The translations under genes were made by a program, and so were the position numbers. Shown here in pieces: positions 1-9,056 of a DNA stretch of 62,238 nucleotides (positions within the stretch are counted from its first letter, which is position 1; each line of letters starts with the position of its first letter). A model generated the notes under the pieces. That model was not told the origin of the DNA. It saw only the letters and a list, made by a program, of their open reading frames with translations, and did not search any database. The DNA comes from a virus (lineage: Duplodnaviria > Caudoviricetes): IMG/VR virus record IMGVR_UViG_3300042541_000169, positions 1 through 62,238 of that record; one strand, written 5' to 3'.

Positions 1-315
1 CCACCTGACGCTGATCTGGCTACTTACATTGCCGCATCAGAGGGGCGTGTTAAGGCTGAGATTGATGCTAAAGAAGCTGCTTGGGCTGCTCTGACACCCA
101 AGACACGCGAGATTGAAGGTATCAACGGTACGGAGACTGTCGCTATTGATAAGTCTGAGGTAGTACGTGCTGACAATCCTGACTACTATGCCAGCCGCCG
201 TGCCGAGTATCCTGCGCTTGCGGATCAGTTAGACGCAATGTGGAAGGGCGCTGATGCTATGGCAGAAATGGCGGCTAAGATTGCGGCGGTTAAGGCAAAG
301 TATCCTAAGCCATGA
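1..315 (+). CDS. 5'-truncated allele of the 61548-61970 fibre-associated protein
   Basis: Frame 1 reads PPDADLATYIAASEGRVK...KAKYPKP*, matching the C-terminal part of ORF 61548-61970. Confidence 0.9.
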   Translation, partial: PPDADLATYIAASEGRVKAEIDAKEAAWAALTPKTREIEGINGTETVAIDKSEVVRADNPDYYASRRAEYPALADQLDAMWKGADAMAEMAAKIAAVKAKYPKP

Positions 316-583
316 GTTACACGCTATCCAAAACGGATGCTGGAAAAATCGTTAGGGTAGATCGGGGAGGGGTAGTTACCCTTCCCAGCAACACCTTTTC
401 AAAGGGTGATGCTTTAATTATCTTTAATAACACGGATGAATTTATTTCTATTCATTCGCTGGTGGAAAATTCTTATCGTTCTTCTCGCGCAAAGAAAAGA
501 TCATTTATAGAGTTTCCTCCTAGATCATTGGCTAATGCTATTTTTATTGACGACAATATTGTAGTTATATCAGTGGGGTTCTA
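1..583. repeat. Left copy of imperfect terminal direct repeat (pairs with 61656-62238)
   Basis: Colinear, no indels; first 92 nt and last 43 nt identical; about 64 substitutions in between by manual count (~89% identity). Confidence 0.95.
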
Positions 584-584
584 A
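312..584 (+). CDS. Stand-alone copy of a fibre C-terminal domain
   Basis: SYTLSKTDAGK...TFSKGDALIIFNNT aligns with SYTLAVTDVGK...TFATGDAIIIFNNT at the C-terminus of ORF 54997-56031; ATGA overlap with upstream gene. Confidence 0.8.
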   Translation: MSYTLSKTDAGKIVRVDRGGVVTLPSNTFSKGDALIIFNNTDEFISIHSLVENSYRSSRAKKRSFIEFPPRSLANAIFIDDNIVVISVGF

Positions 585-701
585 ATGAGCGGGATACTGT
601 TGGCATTTATTGGCGCATCTTTTGGTGTGGGCGGCGGCGTATTGGTTGTAGACGGCTCCTTTTCTGGCGCACCTATGGCGGTAGTTGCCTTTGGTGGATA
701 A
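585..701 (+). CDS. 38-aa hydrophobic peptide (not in ORF track)
   Basis: ATG directly after upstream stop; MSGILLAFIGASFGVGGGVLVVDGSFSGAPMAVVAFGG*; fills the gap to the ORF at 705. Confidence 0.6.
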   Translation: MSGILLAFIGASFGVGGGVLVVDGSFSGAPMAVVAFGG

Positions 702-704
702 TTT

Positions 705-1190
705 ATGATGACGCTATTTACAACGCTGATTTCTTTCTTGTCTGGCGGGTTACCAAAGTTACTGGGTTTCTTCCAAGATAAGCAAGATAAGAAGCACGAG
801 TTAGCCTTGGCTCAGATTCAGGTGCAATCTCAACTTGAGATGCAGAAGGCTGGGTTCCAAGCGCAGGAGCATATTGAGGAAATTCGTACCGAGCAGATCA
901 GTATTCAGGCTCAAGCCTCCGAGCGGCAAGCCCTCTACGCTCACGACATCGAGATTGGCAAAGGCGCATCCCAGTGGGTAATTAACCTCCGCGCTATGGT
1001 ACGCCCTACCATTACCTACGGCCTTTTCTTCTTACTTGTAATCATTGATATTGCTGGCGTCTGGTATGCGTGGACTACTAACGTGCCGTTTAACGTCATG
1101 ATTGAAGCGGTTTGGGATGACGATACGCAGATCATCTGGGCATCCGTTGTGAGTTTTTGGTTCGGGACACAAGCCTTTAGCAAAAAATGA
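705..1190 (+). CDS. Holin-like membrane protein
   Basis: Hydrophobic N-terminus, coiled coil, two C-terminal TM segments ending in SFWFG; overlaps the endolysin start. Confidence 0.65.
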   Translation: MMTLFTTLISFLSGGLPKLLGFFQDKQDKKHELALAQIQVQSQLEMQKAGFQAQEHIEEIRTEQISIQAQASERQALYAHDIEIGKGASQWVINLRAMVRPTITYGLFFLLVIIDIAGVWYAWTTNVPFNVMIEAVWDDDTQIIWASVVSFWFGTQAFSKK

Positions 1191-1681
1191 ACTTCACCGC
1201 CCTGCATGAACTCAAGTACCACGAGGGGGTAAGGAAGAAGCCTTACTTGGATAGTGTGCTGTTGTGGACGACAGGGGTGGGGCATCTGATAGCGCCAACA
1301 GAACATATGAAAATGACGCTTACCCAACGCAAAGAAGCTAAAGCTGCGGGCTTATTAAAGTGTCCAGCAGAGTGGGACAGGGGGCTAACAAATGCCGAAG
1401 TGGATGAGATTCTTGCGTATGATCTCCGCCGGTTTGAGCGAGGCGTTCTACGTCTTTGCCCTAATGGGCTTACTCAAGGGCGGTATAACAGCCTTGTCAG
1501 TTTTGCATTTAATGCCGGACTAGGCCGATTGCAGAGTTCGTCAATCCGTACTAAGCATAACCGTGGCGATTTTGATGGCGCTAGTGATGCTTTTCTGCTA
1601 TATAGAATGGCAGGTGGTGTAGTCCAAAAAGGGCTAGAAACCCGCCGTAAAGATGAACGCGCAATGTACCTGAGTGGGTAA
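1187..1681 (+). CDS. Endolysin, phage lysozyme (GH24-like)
   Basis: HEGVRKKPYLDSVLLWTTGVGH (E-x8-D-x5-T), SFAFNAG, GLETRRKDERAMY. Confidence 0.92.
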   Translation: MNFTALHELKYHEGVRKKPYLDSVLLWTTGVGHLIAPTEHMKMTLTQRKEAKAAGLLKCPAEWDRGLTNAEVDEILAYDLRRFERGVLRLCPNGLTQGRYNSLVSFAFNAGLGRLQSSSIRTKHNRGDFDGASDAFLLYRMAGGVVQKGLETRRKDERAMYLSG

Positions 1682-1684
1682 ATA

Positions 1685-3808
1685 ATGCCATTAGCAAAAT
1701 ATCTTTTTAAACCCGGGGTCAACCGCGAGAACACGCGGTACACCACTGAGGGCGGCTGGTATGAGTGCGACAAGATTCGGTTCCGCCAAGGAAACCCTGA
1801 GAAGATTGGCGGTTGGACTCCGTTTTCTAGTAATACGTTTTTAGGCGTATGCCGTTCGCTATGGAATTGGATTACCTTAACCGCTGAAAATTTGGTTGGC
1901 GTAGGCACTAATTTAAAATTCTATATTTTAAAAGGTAACGATTATTACGACATCACTCCAATTCGTAAGACTGTTACATTAACAAACCCATTTACTGCTA
2001 CCAATGGTTCAGCCGTCATAGCGGTATCCGAGGTAGCGCATGGGTGTACAGACGGAGATTTTGTTACGTACAGCGGTGCGGGCATTGTTGGGCTTGGTGG
2101 CAACATTACGGCAGGTGTTTTAACCGGCACATTTCAGATTACCTTTGTTGACGACGACAACTACACCGTCACGGTTAGCGCAACTGCTAACGCCACAGAT
2201 GCTTCTGGTTCTCCCGGCGGCGGTACGGTCGTTACGCAATACGAAACAAATACTGGGCCAGCGTATCAAGTGCCGCTAGTTGGTTGGGGCGCAGGTCCTT
2301 GGGGGGCAGGTACTTGGGGCAACGGGCAAACTACTTCTACCGCGCTTCAATTGTGGAGCCAACAAAACTTTGGGGAAGATTTAATTTACGGCCCCCGTGG
2401 CGGCGGTATTTACTATTGGAGCGCCAACGTAGGGTACTCACCAATTCAAATCACAATTAGTATTGCTGCTCCGGGGCAAATTACACTACCTGCTGGGTTT
2501 TCATTTCCTGATGGCACGACAATTACTTTTACTTCTACCGGTGCGTTACCCACAGGCTTAACCGTTGGGCAGGTGTACTTCGTGGTGAACACAACTGGGG
2601 GTACATTTAATGTAGCCACAACTATTGAAGGCACCCCAATTACAACGTCTGGCAGTCAGTCAGGGTTGCAATTTATTTCTTCACGAGGTGTGGACTTAGC
2701 CGATGCTGGCGATGATGATGCGCCGCTGTTCCAAAACTATCTTCTTGTGTCGGATGCTTCGCGGTTTGTATTGGTGTTTGGTACAAATGATTACGGCACC
2801 AGCTTCCTTGACCCGATGCTAATTCGTTGGTCAGACCAAGAAGACCCTTATACATGGTCCCCCGCGATAACAAACCAAGCAGGTAGTTTGAAGTTATCTC
2901 ACGGCTCTGAAATTATTACCGCCATACAATCGCGCCAAGAGATTGTGATATTTACAGATTCATCTTTGTATTCGTTCCAGTATGTAGGCCCCCCGTTTGT
3001 TTGGACGGCGCAGTTATTAGCGGACAACGTATCTATTATTGGTCCTAACGCGGCTGTGATTGCTTCCGGCGCGGTGTACTGGATGGGCGTTGATAAATTT
3101 TACAAATACGATGGTCGGGTACAAACGCTTAATTGCGATTTGCGCCGGTATATATTTAGTGATTTTAATACGTTACAGACAGAACAAGTTTACGCAGGTA
3201 CAAACGAAGGGTTTAACGAAATCTGGTGGTTCTATTGTTCTAACGATAGTTTAGTTAGTGATCGTTATGTGGTGTACAACTACATGGAGAATGTTTGGTA
3301 CTACGGTAACTTAGGGCGCACGGCTTGGTTAGACTCAGGCTTGTTGCCATTACCTGTTGCGGCAACATACAACCACGAACTTGTACAACATGAAGACGGG
3401 GTAGATGCCTACGACCTTGGTAATCAAACTGCGCTTGCAGCTTATATCTCATCATCCGAGTTTGATATTGGGGACGGACACAACTTTGGGTACGTGTGGC
3501 GCATACTGCCTGACTTGACGTTTGAGGGTTCATCTTCTATAGCGGGGACTTCAGGGTCCGGGATTCCCATACCTACCGTTGCTATGACGCTATACCCGAT
3601 GCAAAACTCTGGTTCTGGTACGGGGAACGCCGCAGCGAGTAATGTGGTTAAAGGTTCGACCTATAACATTACTGAAGAATACACAGGGATTATTTATACT
3701 CGCGCCCGTGGGCGGCAGATGATATTTAAGATTTCCTCAGATCAGATTGGGACAACATGGCAGTTAGGCGCACCGCGTTTAGATATTAAACCCGACGGTA
3801 GGAGATAA
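1685..3808 (+). CDS. Tail nozzle / head-stabilisation protein (P22 gp10 / T7 gp12-like)
   Basis: 707 aa, beta-rich, IRWSDQED motif, ends PDGRR; lies upstream of the ejection genes; contains Thr/Gly-rich inserted domains. Confidence 0.7.
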   Translation: MPLAKYLFKPGVNRENTRYTTEGGWYECDKIRFRQGNPEKIGGWTPFSSNTFLGVCRSLWNWITLTAENLVGVGTNLKFYILKGNDYYDITPIRKTVTLTNPFTATNGSAVIAVSEVAHGCTDGDFVTYSGAGIVGLGGNITAGVLTGTFQITFVDDDNYTVTVSATANATDASGSPGGGTVVTQYETNTGPAYQVPLVGWGAGPWGAGTWGNGQTTSTALQLWSQQNFGEDLIYGPRGGGIYYWSANVGYSPIQITISIAAPGQITLPAGFSFPDGTTITFTSTGALPTGLTVGQVYFVVNTTGGTFNVATTIEGTPITTSGSQSGLQFISSRGVDLADAGDDDAPLFQNYLLVSDASRFVLVFGTNDYGTSFLDPMLIRWSDQEDPYTWSPAITNQAGSLKLSHGSEIITAIQSRQEIVIFTDSSLYSFQYVGPPFVWTAQLLADNVSIIGPNAAVIASGAVYWMGVDKFYKYDGRVQTLNCDLRRYIFSDFNTLQTEQVYAGTNEGFNEIWWFYCSNDSLVSDRYVVYNYMENVWYYGNLGRTAWLDSGLLPLPVAATYNHELVQHEDGVDAYDLGNQTALAAYISSSEFDIGDGHNFGYVWRILPDLTFEGSSSIAGTSGSGIPIPTVAMTLYPMQNSGSGTGNAAASNVVKGSTYNITEEYTGIIYTRARGRQMIFKISSDQIGTTWQLGAPRLDIKPDGRR

Positions 3809-3811
3809 TTC

Positions 3812-4252
3812 GTGCCGCTGCTCCAGAATCGAACTCCTCCGAATATTCCACAGGCTCCGGCGCAGTACGACCTAACGTACATGAACGCCTTGAGCAACGT
3901 GATTCGGTTGTTCTTTAATGAGATTAACGCTGTTCAACAGTTAAATTTAGCCAGTTTAAACTTAGATTTACGGACGCTACCGACTGATGCGGACTTTAAC
4001 AGGCTGCGTTTAGGGGATGTATACCGAGATACGCAAGATGGGGTTCAAGCAGGAAGTGAGATGCTTAGAATTAAAACCTCATCAAACGTGGTTTTTCTTA
4101 CTGGGGTAGGCGCAGTTGGCTCGGTTGGGGGTGTGGGTGCCCCTGCTGGTGGCGTAGCGGGTTCAGGCTCGGTTGGATCAGTTGGTGCGACAATAACGCA
4201 AAGTTTAACTGGGATTGCGGCTGCTGGAAGTGTTGGCACAGTAACCCCTTAA
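3812..4252 (+). CDS. Virion structural protein with LTGVxAxGxVG repeats
   Basis: GTG start; C-terminal repeats resemble those of ORF 54274-54987. Confidence 0.65.
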   Translation: MPLLQNRTPPNIPQAPAQYDLTYMNALSNVIRLFFNEINAVQQLNLASLNLDLRTLPTDADFNRLRLGDVYRDTQDGVQAGSEMLRIKTSSNVVFLTGVGAVGSVGGVGAPAGGVAGSGSVGSVGATITQSLTGIAAAGSVGTVTP

Positions 4253-4285
4253 CATTAAAATACACAGAAATATAAGGAGCCTATT

Positions 4286-5698
4286 ATGGGTACAGGTGTT
4301 GGTGAGATGATGCTCATGAGTGCGGCTATGGGTGGTGGTACTGCGGCGCTTACTGGTGGTGATCCGCTTAAAGGCGCACTGCTTGGCGGTTTAACTGGCG
4401 GTCTTGGGGCTGGGATTAGCGGGGCATTAGGTTCGGCGGGGACTACTGCGGCTACTACTGCGGGTAATGTTGGCGCTAATGCTACTACTGCTGCTGCTAA
4501 TACCGGGTTAAACCAAGGGTTTAACGCTATGGCTAATACTGCTAATGCTGGTGCTAATGTTGGTGCTAATGTCGCAAGTAATGTTGGTGCTAATGTTGGT
4601 GCTAATGTTGGTGCTAATGTTGCGGGTAATGCAGCCGCTGCGTACCCTACTAACGGGATATTTAGTAATCCAACTGCGGCACTATCGGGTGGTTCCGCTC
4701 CAACTAGTGCAATGACCGCTGCGGCACCTTCTACTGGGACATTTAGTCTTCCTACAAGCCAAATTTCAGGTGGGTACGGGTACACACCAACAGCCACAGG
4801 AACACAATCGGCGCAGCAAATGGCCGATCTTAATGCGGCGTCTGATTTAGCATATACAAGAGTAGCGCCAACAAATCTTCAAGCTAAACAAAATTTAGTA
4901 CCAATGGAGGCAAAACCAACCGTATCTACGGTAAACGACCTTCGCTACCAAATGAATCCATACGAAGCTAACTTTACTGGAACCGATGCTAGATTGGCCG
5001 GGGCGGAAAAATTACAACCGGGGGTTGATATGTCTAAAATGGCGTATCGGCTTCCTTCAGGCCCGGGGGTTGATTCAGGTAAAGGAATTGATGCTCTTGC
5101 AAAAGGCCCAAATGAGTTTAACCTTAAAGACTTCTTCAAAACATCCGGCAAAGGCCCATCCCTTTACGACGATCCGTATGAGTATATAAAAAATAATAAA
5201 ATGGCGGCTGCTAGTGCCGCGTTAACAGGGTCAACCGCTAAAAAAGATTTGCCTGAAGAGGAAGAATACGACGGCCCGTTGAGCCGGTTTAGGTTTAACC
5301 CTGCAACATATCAGCCTAATTATTTTGCTGAAGGTGGTATTGCTATGTTAACTGGTGGTGGTTATGACCGCCAAGTAGGGGAAGACCCGTACCCGATGCG
5401 TATGGCTTCTGGTGGTATTTCTGACTTGGGTGGTTACTCCGATGGTGGTCGTATGCTACAAGGCCCCGGCGATGGTATGTCTGATAGTATCCCTGCAAGC
5501 ATTTCTGGTAAGCGCCCTGCGCGTTTAGCCGATGGTGAGTTTGTGGTTCCTGCCGACGTAGTGTCCCATCTTGGGAATGGCTCGACCGATGCGGGCGCTA
5601 AACAGTTGTATAGCATGATGGACAAAGTGCGCACTGCTCGTACCGGCAAAAAGAAACAAGCCCGTGCGGTTACTCCTCAAAAATATATGCCCGCATAA
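4286..5698 (+). CDS. Internal virion/ejection protein
   Basis: SD AAGGAG; glycine-zipper N-terminus; C-terminal GPGDGMSDSIPA...LADGEFVVPADVV domain preceded by FAEGG/MASGG/YSDGG. Confidence 0.7.
   Translation: MGTGVGEMMLMSAAMGGGTAALTGGDPLKGALLGGLTGGLGAGISGALGSAGTTAATTAGNVGANATTAAANTGLNQGFNAMANTANAGANVGANVASNVGANVGANVGANVAGNAAAAYPTNGIFSNPTAALSGGSAPTSAMTAAAPSTGTFSLPTSQISGGYGYTPTATGTQSAQQMADLNAASDLAYTRVAPTNLQAKQNLVPMEAKPTVSTVNDLRYQMNPYEANFTGTDARLAGAEKLQPGVDMSKMAYRLPSGPGVDSGKGIDALAKGPNEFNLKDFFKTSGKGPSLYDDPYEYIKNNKMAAASAALTGSTAKKDLPEEEEYDGPLSRFRFNPATYQPNYFAEGGIAMLTGGGYDRQVGEDPYPMRMASGGISDLGGYSDGGRMLQGPGDGMSDSIPASISGKRPARLADGEFVVPADVVSHLGNGSTDAGAKQLYSMMDKVRTARTGKKKQARAVTPQKYMPA
4550..4621 (+). repeat. 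12-bp tandem repeat (GGTGCTAATGTT), six units encoding GANV
   Basis: Directly visible; one unit degenerate (ASNV). Confidence 0.85.
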
Positions 5699-5707
5699 GG
5701 AACGACC

Positions 5708-6793
5708 ATGTTAATTCCAACTAAGTTTAGTGGTTACCAAGCGGGCATACGCCTCTATCCGGGCGGCGGTGGTGGAGGCCCTGCTGCCCCACAAACTTCT
5801 CAAGAGGCAATGAGTCGTGGTATGGCAACGGTTGATATGCAGGGGAGGCCGCTATACGGGGGCAATACAAATACCTCCAACACCTCCACTTCCAACACCC
5901 CGCAACTTACTGTAGACCAAGGGCCTACTCCGTTTGTAGGGCCAAGAACGCCTTCGCAGGTAGGCAGAACAATGCCCGGCGAAACTCCCGCCCTGCAACC
6001 AATCTATAAGTCGCAATACGCTAATTATACAGACCCTAGCGCTTATACTAATGTAAGCAGTTACGGAACTGCTGGGCGTCCTTCTGACATGGTTACCCAA
6101 GCATATGCAAATATAGGACGCACTGGTATTGGTGGAGGCGCTAACCAAATTGACCAAGCTGGGTATAACTATTGGAATCAACAACTTGCTTCTGGAGCTA
6201 TGTCCCCCCAACAGTTTGGTAGTAGTTTTGCGCAAGGAGCAAGGCAAGATAATCCAAATTCTCCTACTATCCAAGGATTTATAAATAATCCTTCAGCGCT
6301 ATATAGTAACGCTGGTGGTGCGCAGCTTCCGCAAAGTATGTACAACGGTGTGTATGGTGGTATGGGCGGTATGGGCGGAAATTTTATGCCCCAAATGCAG
6401 ACACCGTTTAATCCTTACACTAATAGCTATCAATCGCCGTTTAGTTATGGTGGCGGTGCGCAGCTTCCAAGAAGTATGTATGGCGGTGTAGGTGGTATGG
6501 GTGGTATGGGCGGTATGGGCGGTATGGGCGGTATGGGCGGTATGGGCGGTATGGGTGGACAACAATTTATGCAACAACCCCAACAGTACATGCAGCAACA
6601 ACCCCAACAATATATGCAACAACAAGTTCCGCAATATATGCAACAACCTTCTGCGCCCGCTGCCCCTATAGCCCAACGAACATCAGGACCAAGCCAGCCT
6701 ATTTTGTCTCGCGCTGCGATGGCCAGAGGAACACCAAACGTAATGCGCCGTGCTGATGGTGGTATTACTTCATTGCTGGATGATAGCGAATGA
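5708..6793 (+). CDS. Low-complexity G/M/Q/Y-rich putative internal virion protein
   Basis: SD AAGGA; (GGM)7 and QQPQQYM repeats; ends RADGGITSLL. Confidence 0.7.
   Translation: MLIPTKFSGYQAGIRLYPGGGGGGPAAPQTSQEAMSRGMATVDMQGRPLYGGNTNTSNTSTSNTPQLTVDQGPTPFVGPRTPSQVGRTMPGETPALQPIYKSQYANYTDPSAYTNVSSYGTAGRPSDMVTQAYANIGRTGIGGGANQIDQAGYNYWNQQLASGAMSPQQFGSSFAQGARQDNPNSPTIQGFINNPSALYSNAGGAQLPQSMYNGVYGGMGGMGGNFMPQMQTPFNPYTNSYQSPFSYGGGAQLPRSMYGGVGGMGGMGGMGGMGGMGGMGGMGGQQFMQQPQQYMQQQPQQYMQQQVPQYMQQPSAPAAPIAQRTSGPSQPILSRAAMARGTPNVMRRADGGITSLLDDSE
6491..6553 (+). repeat. 9-bp tandem repeat GG(C/T)GGTATG x7 encoding (GGM)7
   Basis: Directly visible. Confidence 0.9.
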
Positions 6794-7221
6794 CGCTATC
6801 TATTCGTTCGGTAGACGTATCTTATGTCCACCAAACATGGCCAATGGTAAAGACGTATCTTGAAGATGCGCTAACTAAAGGTAACGATTTTCCTGACTGG
6901 GCAGCATGCTACAACATCGACCATATACAGCAATATGTAGTGTCCGGGCAGTGGGTGCTTTTAGTTGCGATTGACGAAGAAATGAAAATTCACGGTGCGG
7001 CTACGGTATCTTTTATGAACTACCCACTGCACCGAGTAGCGTTTATAACTTGTATTGGCGGTAAATTAATTTCCAATCAAGAAACTTTTAATCAGTTGAA
7101 GCTGTTGCTCAAGTCACATGGGGCAACAAAAATCCAAGGCAGTGGCAGAGAGTCCATTGTGCGTTTATGGAAACGCTACAACTTTGAACCACGTAATACT
7201 CTTGTTGAGGTATTGATATGA
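6790..7221 (+). CDS. Putative GNAT-fold protein (position and size like T7 gp13)
   Basis: 143 aa between virion genes; AFITCIGG and GSGRESIVRLWKRYNFE resemble the C-terminal half of acyltransferase folds. Confidence 0.5.
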   Translation: MTLSIRSVDVSYVHQTWPMVKTYLEDALTKGNDFPDWAACYNIDHIQQYVVSGQWVLLVAIDEEMKIHGAATVSFMNYPLHRVAFITCIGGKLISNQETFNQLKLLLKSHGATKIQGSGRESIVRLWKRYNFEPRNTLVEVLI

Positions 7222-9047
7222 ACTACTCCCGCCGACAACTCGAAGCCTTTGGCGAACCTTTTGGCGAATCAGCTACTCGTCTAACTCCCGGTGGTGGAGG
7301 AAAACGTATCTATGGCGGCGGTGGTGGCCCAACAAATTCTACAGTCACCCAGACTAATATTCCTGACTGGCTGCGCCCCCAAGTTGAGACCGTGCTTGGT
7401 GGAGGGCTAAAAACATTATTTAATACAAAAGAAATTCCCGGCGTAGACGGTGAGCCTAGTACGTTTGAGATTACGGGCGCTAAACCGTTTCAGGCATACA
7501 GTAATAACCCTGCGGATTACGTAGCGGGCTTTAGCCCCTTGCAGCAACAAGCGCAATATAACGCTGCAAACCTACAAGTCCCCGGACAGTTTCAACAAGG
7601 CACCCAATTTGCTAACGCTGCTGGCCAAGGCGGGCTAGATTCTGCGCGACAAGCCGCAGGATACGGGCAAGCGGGGTTTCAGTCTGGCCAAATGGGCCAA
7701 CAATTAGGAATGCAAGCTGCGCAACAAGCTGCTCAAAATGCCGCAATGGCTCAAAACGCTGCCTATGGTTATGGGCAAATGGGCGTTCAAGCGGGATTAC
7801 AAGGGCAGCAATCGGGGTTATTAGGCCAGCAACTTGGTATGCAAGGTGGGCAATACTACGGCGGTATGGGCGCAGGGTATGGGCAACAAGCTGCTGGTAT
7901 GGCTCCTCAAGCGCAACAGTATGGACAGACTGCCGCTGATATTGGCCAGATGGGCTTACGTGCAGAGACTTTGGGGCAAAGTGTAACGCAGCAAGCGCGG
8001 GATTACGCAGCGCAACAAGCCGCCGCAGGGCAACAATACGCCCGCCAGATGACTGACCCATACGCGGTTCAGCAGTATATGAATCCGTATCAGTCTGCCG
8101 TAACAGATGTGCAGGTGCAAGCAGCACAACGCCAAGCAGATATTGCCGCTAATGCGCGTAAATCCCAAGCGGCTCGTGCCGGTGCTTATGGTGGCTCACG
8201 CCAAGCGATTGAGAATGCTGAAGCTAACCGTGCGTTAGCTACACAGATGGACACTATCCGCGCCCAAGGCCAACAGAGTGCTTACGATAAAGCCATTCAA
8301 GCTATGCAATACGGTAGCAACCTTGGTCTTCAGGGTTTGGGCGGGGCGCAACAGGGTCTAGGTACTGCCTTGCAAGGCGGGCAGTTAGGATTGTCTGGCA
8401 TTGGTCAAGCTATGGCTGGCCAGCAAGCAGGTCTCGCAGGGTTGGGACAAGCAGGGCAACTCTATGGTCTGGGCATGCAGGGTGCCGGTATGGGCTTACA
8501 AGGTACACAACAGCAGTTGGCAGGTACAGCGCAGGGCATGCAAGGCGCACAATCTGCTATGCAAGGGGCGGGGGTTGGGCTTTCCGGTGTTGGCCAAGCT
8601 ATTAATGCTGGGCAATATGGGCTTCAGGGTGCGCAGGTGGGGTTACAAGGTACGGCGCAAGGCATGCAGGGCGCACAAGCTGGTCTGCAAGGAGTTTCAG
8701 GGCAACAAGCTGGCTACGGTCTGGCTAATCAGTCCGCAAATGTTCTTGGCTCACTTGGCACACAGCAGCTTAATGCTCAGACGGGCATCCTTGGGTTACA
8801 GAATCAGATCGGTGGCCAGCAGCAAGCACAAGAACAAGCCATCATCAACCAAGCGATTCAGACTTACGGTGCGCAGCAAGAAAATGAGATGAACAAGCTC
8901 AATCAGTACAACGCGTTGCTGCGTGGTTATGCACTGCCGGGTACAACATCGACTACTTATGCAGCGGCTCCTAGCGCGGTTTCGCAAATAGCTGGTCTGG
9001 GCACTGCGGGTATCGCGGGTCTGGGTTTAGCTAACGCAATGAAATAA
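7218..9047 (+). CDS. Ejection/pilot protein, Gly/Gln/Ala-rich
   Basis: YMNPY...AARAGAYGGSRQAI core, GxQG heptad repeats, hydrophobic C-terminal glycine zipper. Confidence 0.7.
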   Translation: MNYSRRQLEAFGEPFGESATRLTPGGGGKRIYGGGGGPTNSTVTQTNIPDWLRPQVETVLGGGLKTLFNTKEIPGVDGEPSTFEITGAKPFQAYSNNPADYVAGFSPLQQQAQYNAANLQVPGQFQQGTQFANAAGQGGLDSARQAAGYGQAGFQSGQMGQQLGMQAAQQAAQNAAMAQNAAYGYGQMGVQAGLQGQQSGLLGQQLGMQGGQYYGGMGAGYGQQAAGMAPQAQQYGQTAADIGQMGLRAETLGQSVTQQARDYAAQQAAAGQQYARQMTDPYAVQQYMNPYQSAVTDVQVQAAQRQADIAANARKSQAARAGAYGGSRQAIENAEANRALATQMDTIRAQGQQSAYDKAIQAMQYGSNLGLQGLGGAQQGLGTALQGGQLGLSGIGQAMAGQQAGLAGLGQAGQLYGLGMQGAGMGLQGTQQQLAGTAQGMQGAQSAMQGAGVGLSGVGQAINAGQYGLQGAQVGLQGTAQGMQGAQAGLQGVSGQQAGYGLANQSANVLGSLGTQQLNAQTGILGLQNQIGGQQQAQEQAIINQAIQTYGAQQENEMNKLNQYNALLRGYALPGTTSTTYAAAPSAVSQIAGLGTAGIAGLGLANAMK

Positions 9048-9056
9048 GGAATAATC

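Noticed and set aside
705-1681. Rz/Rz1 spanin genes near the lysis cassette
   Set aside because: No lipobox-containing or nested ORF recognisable
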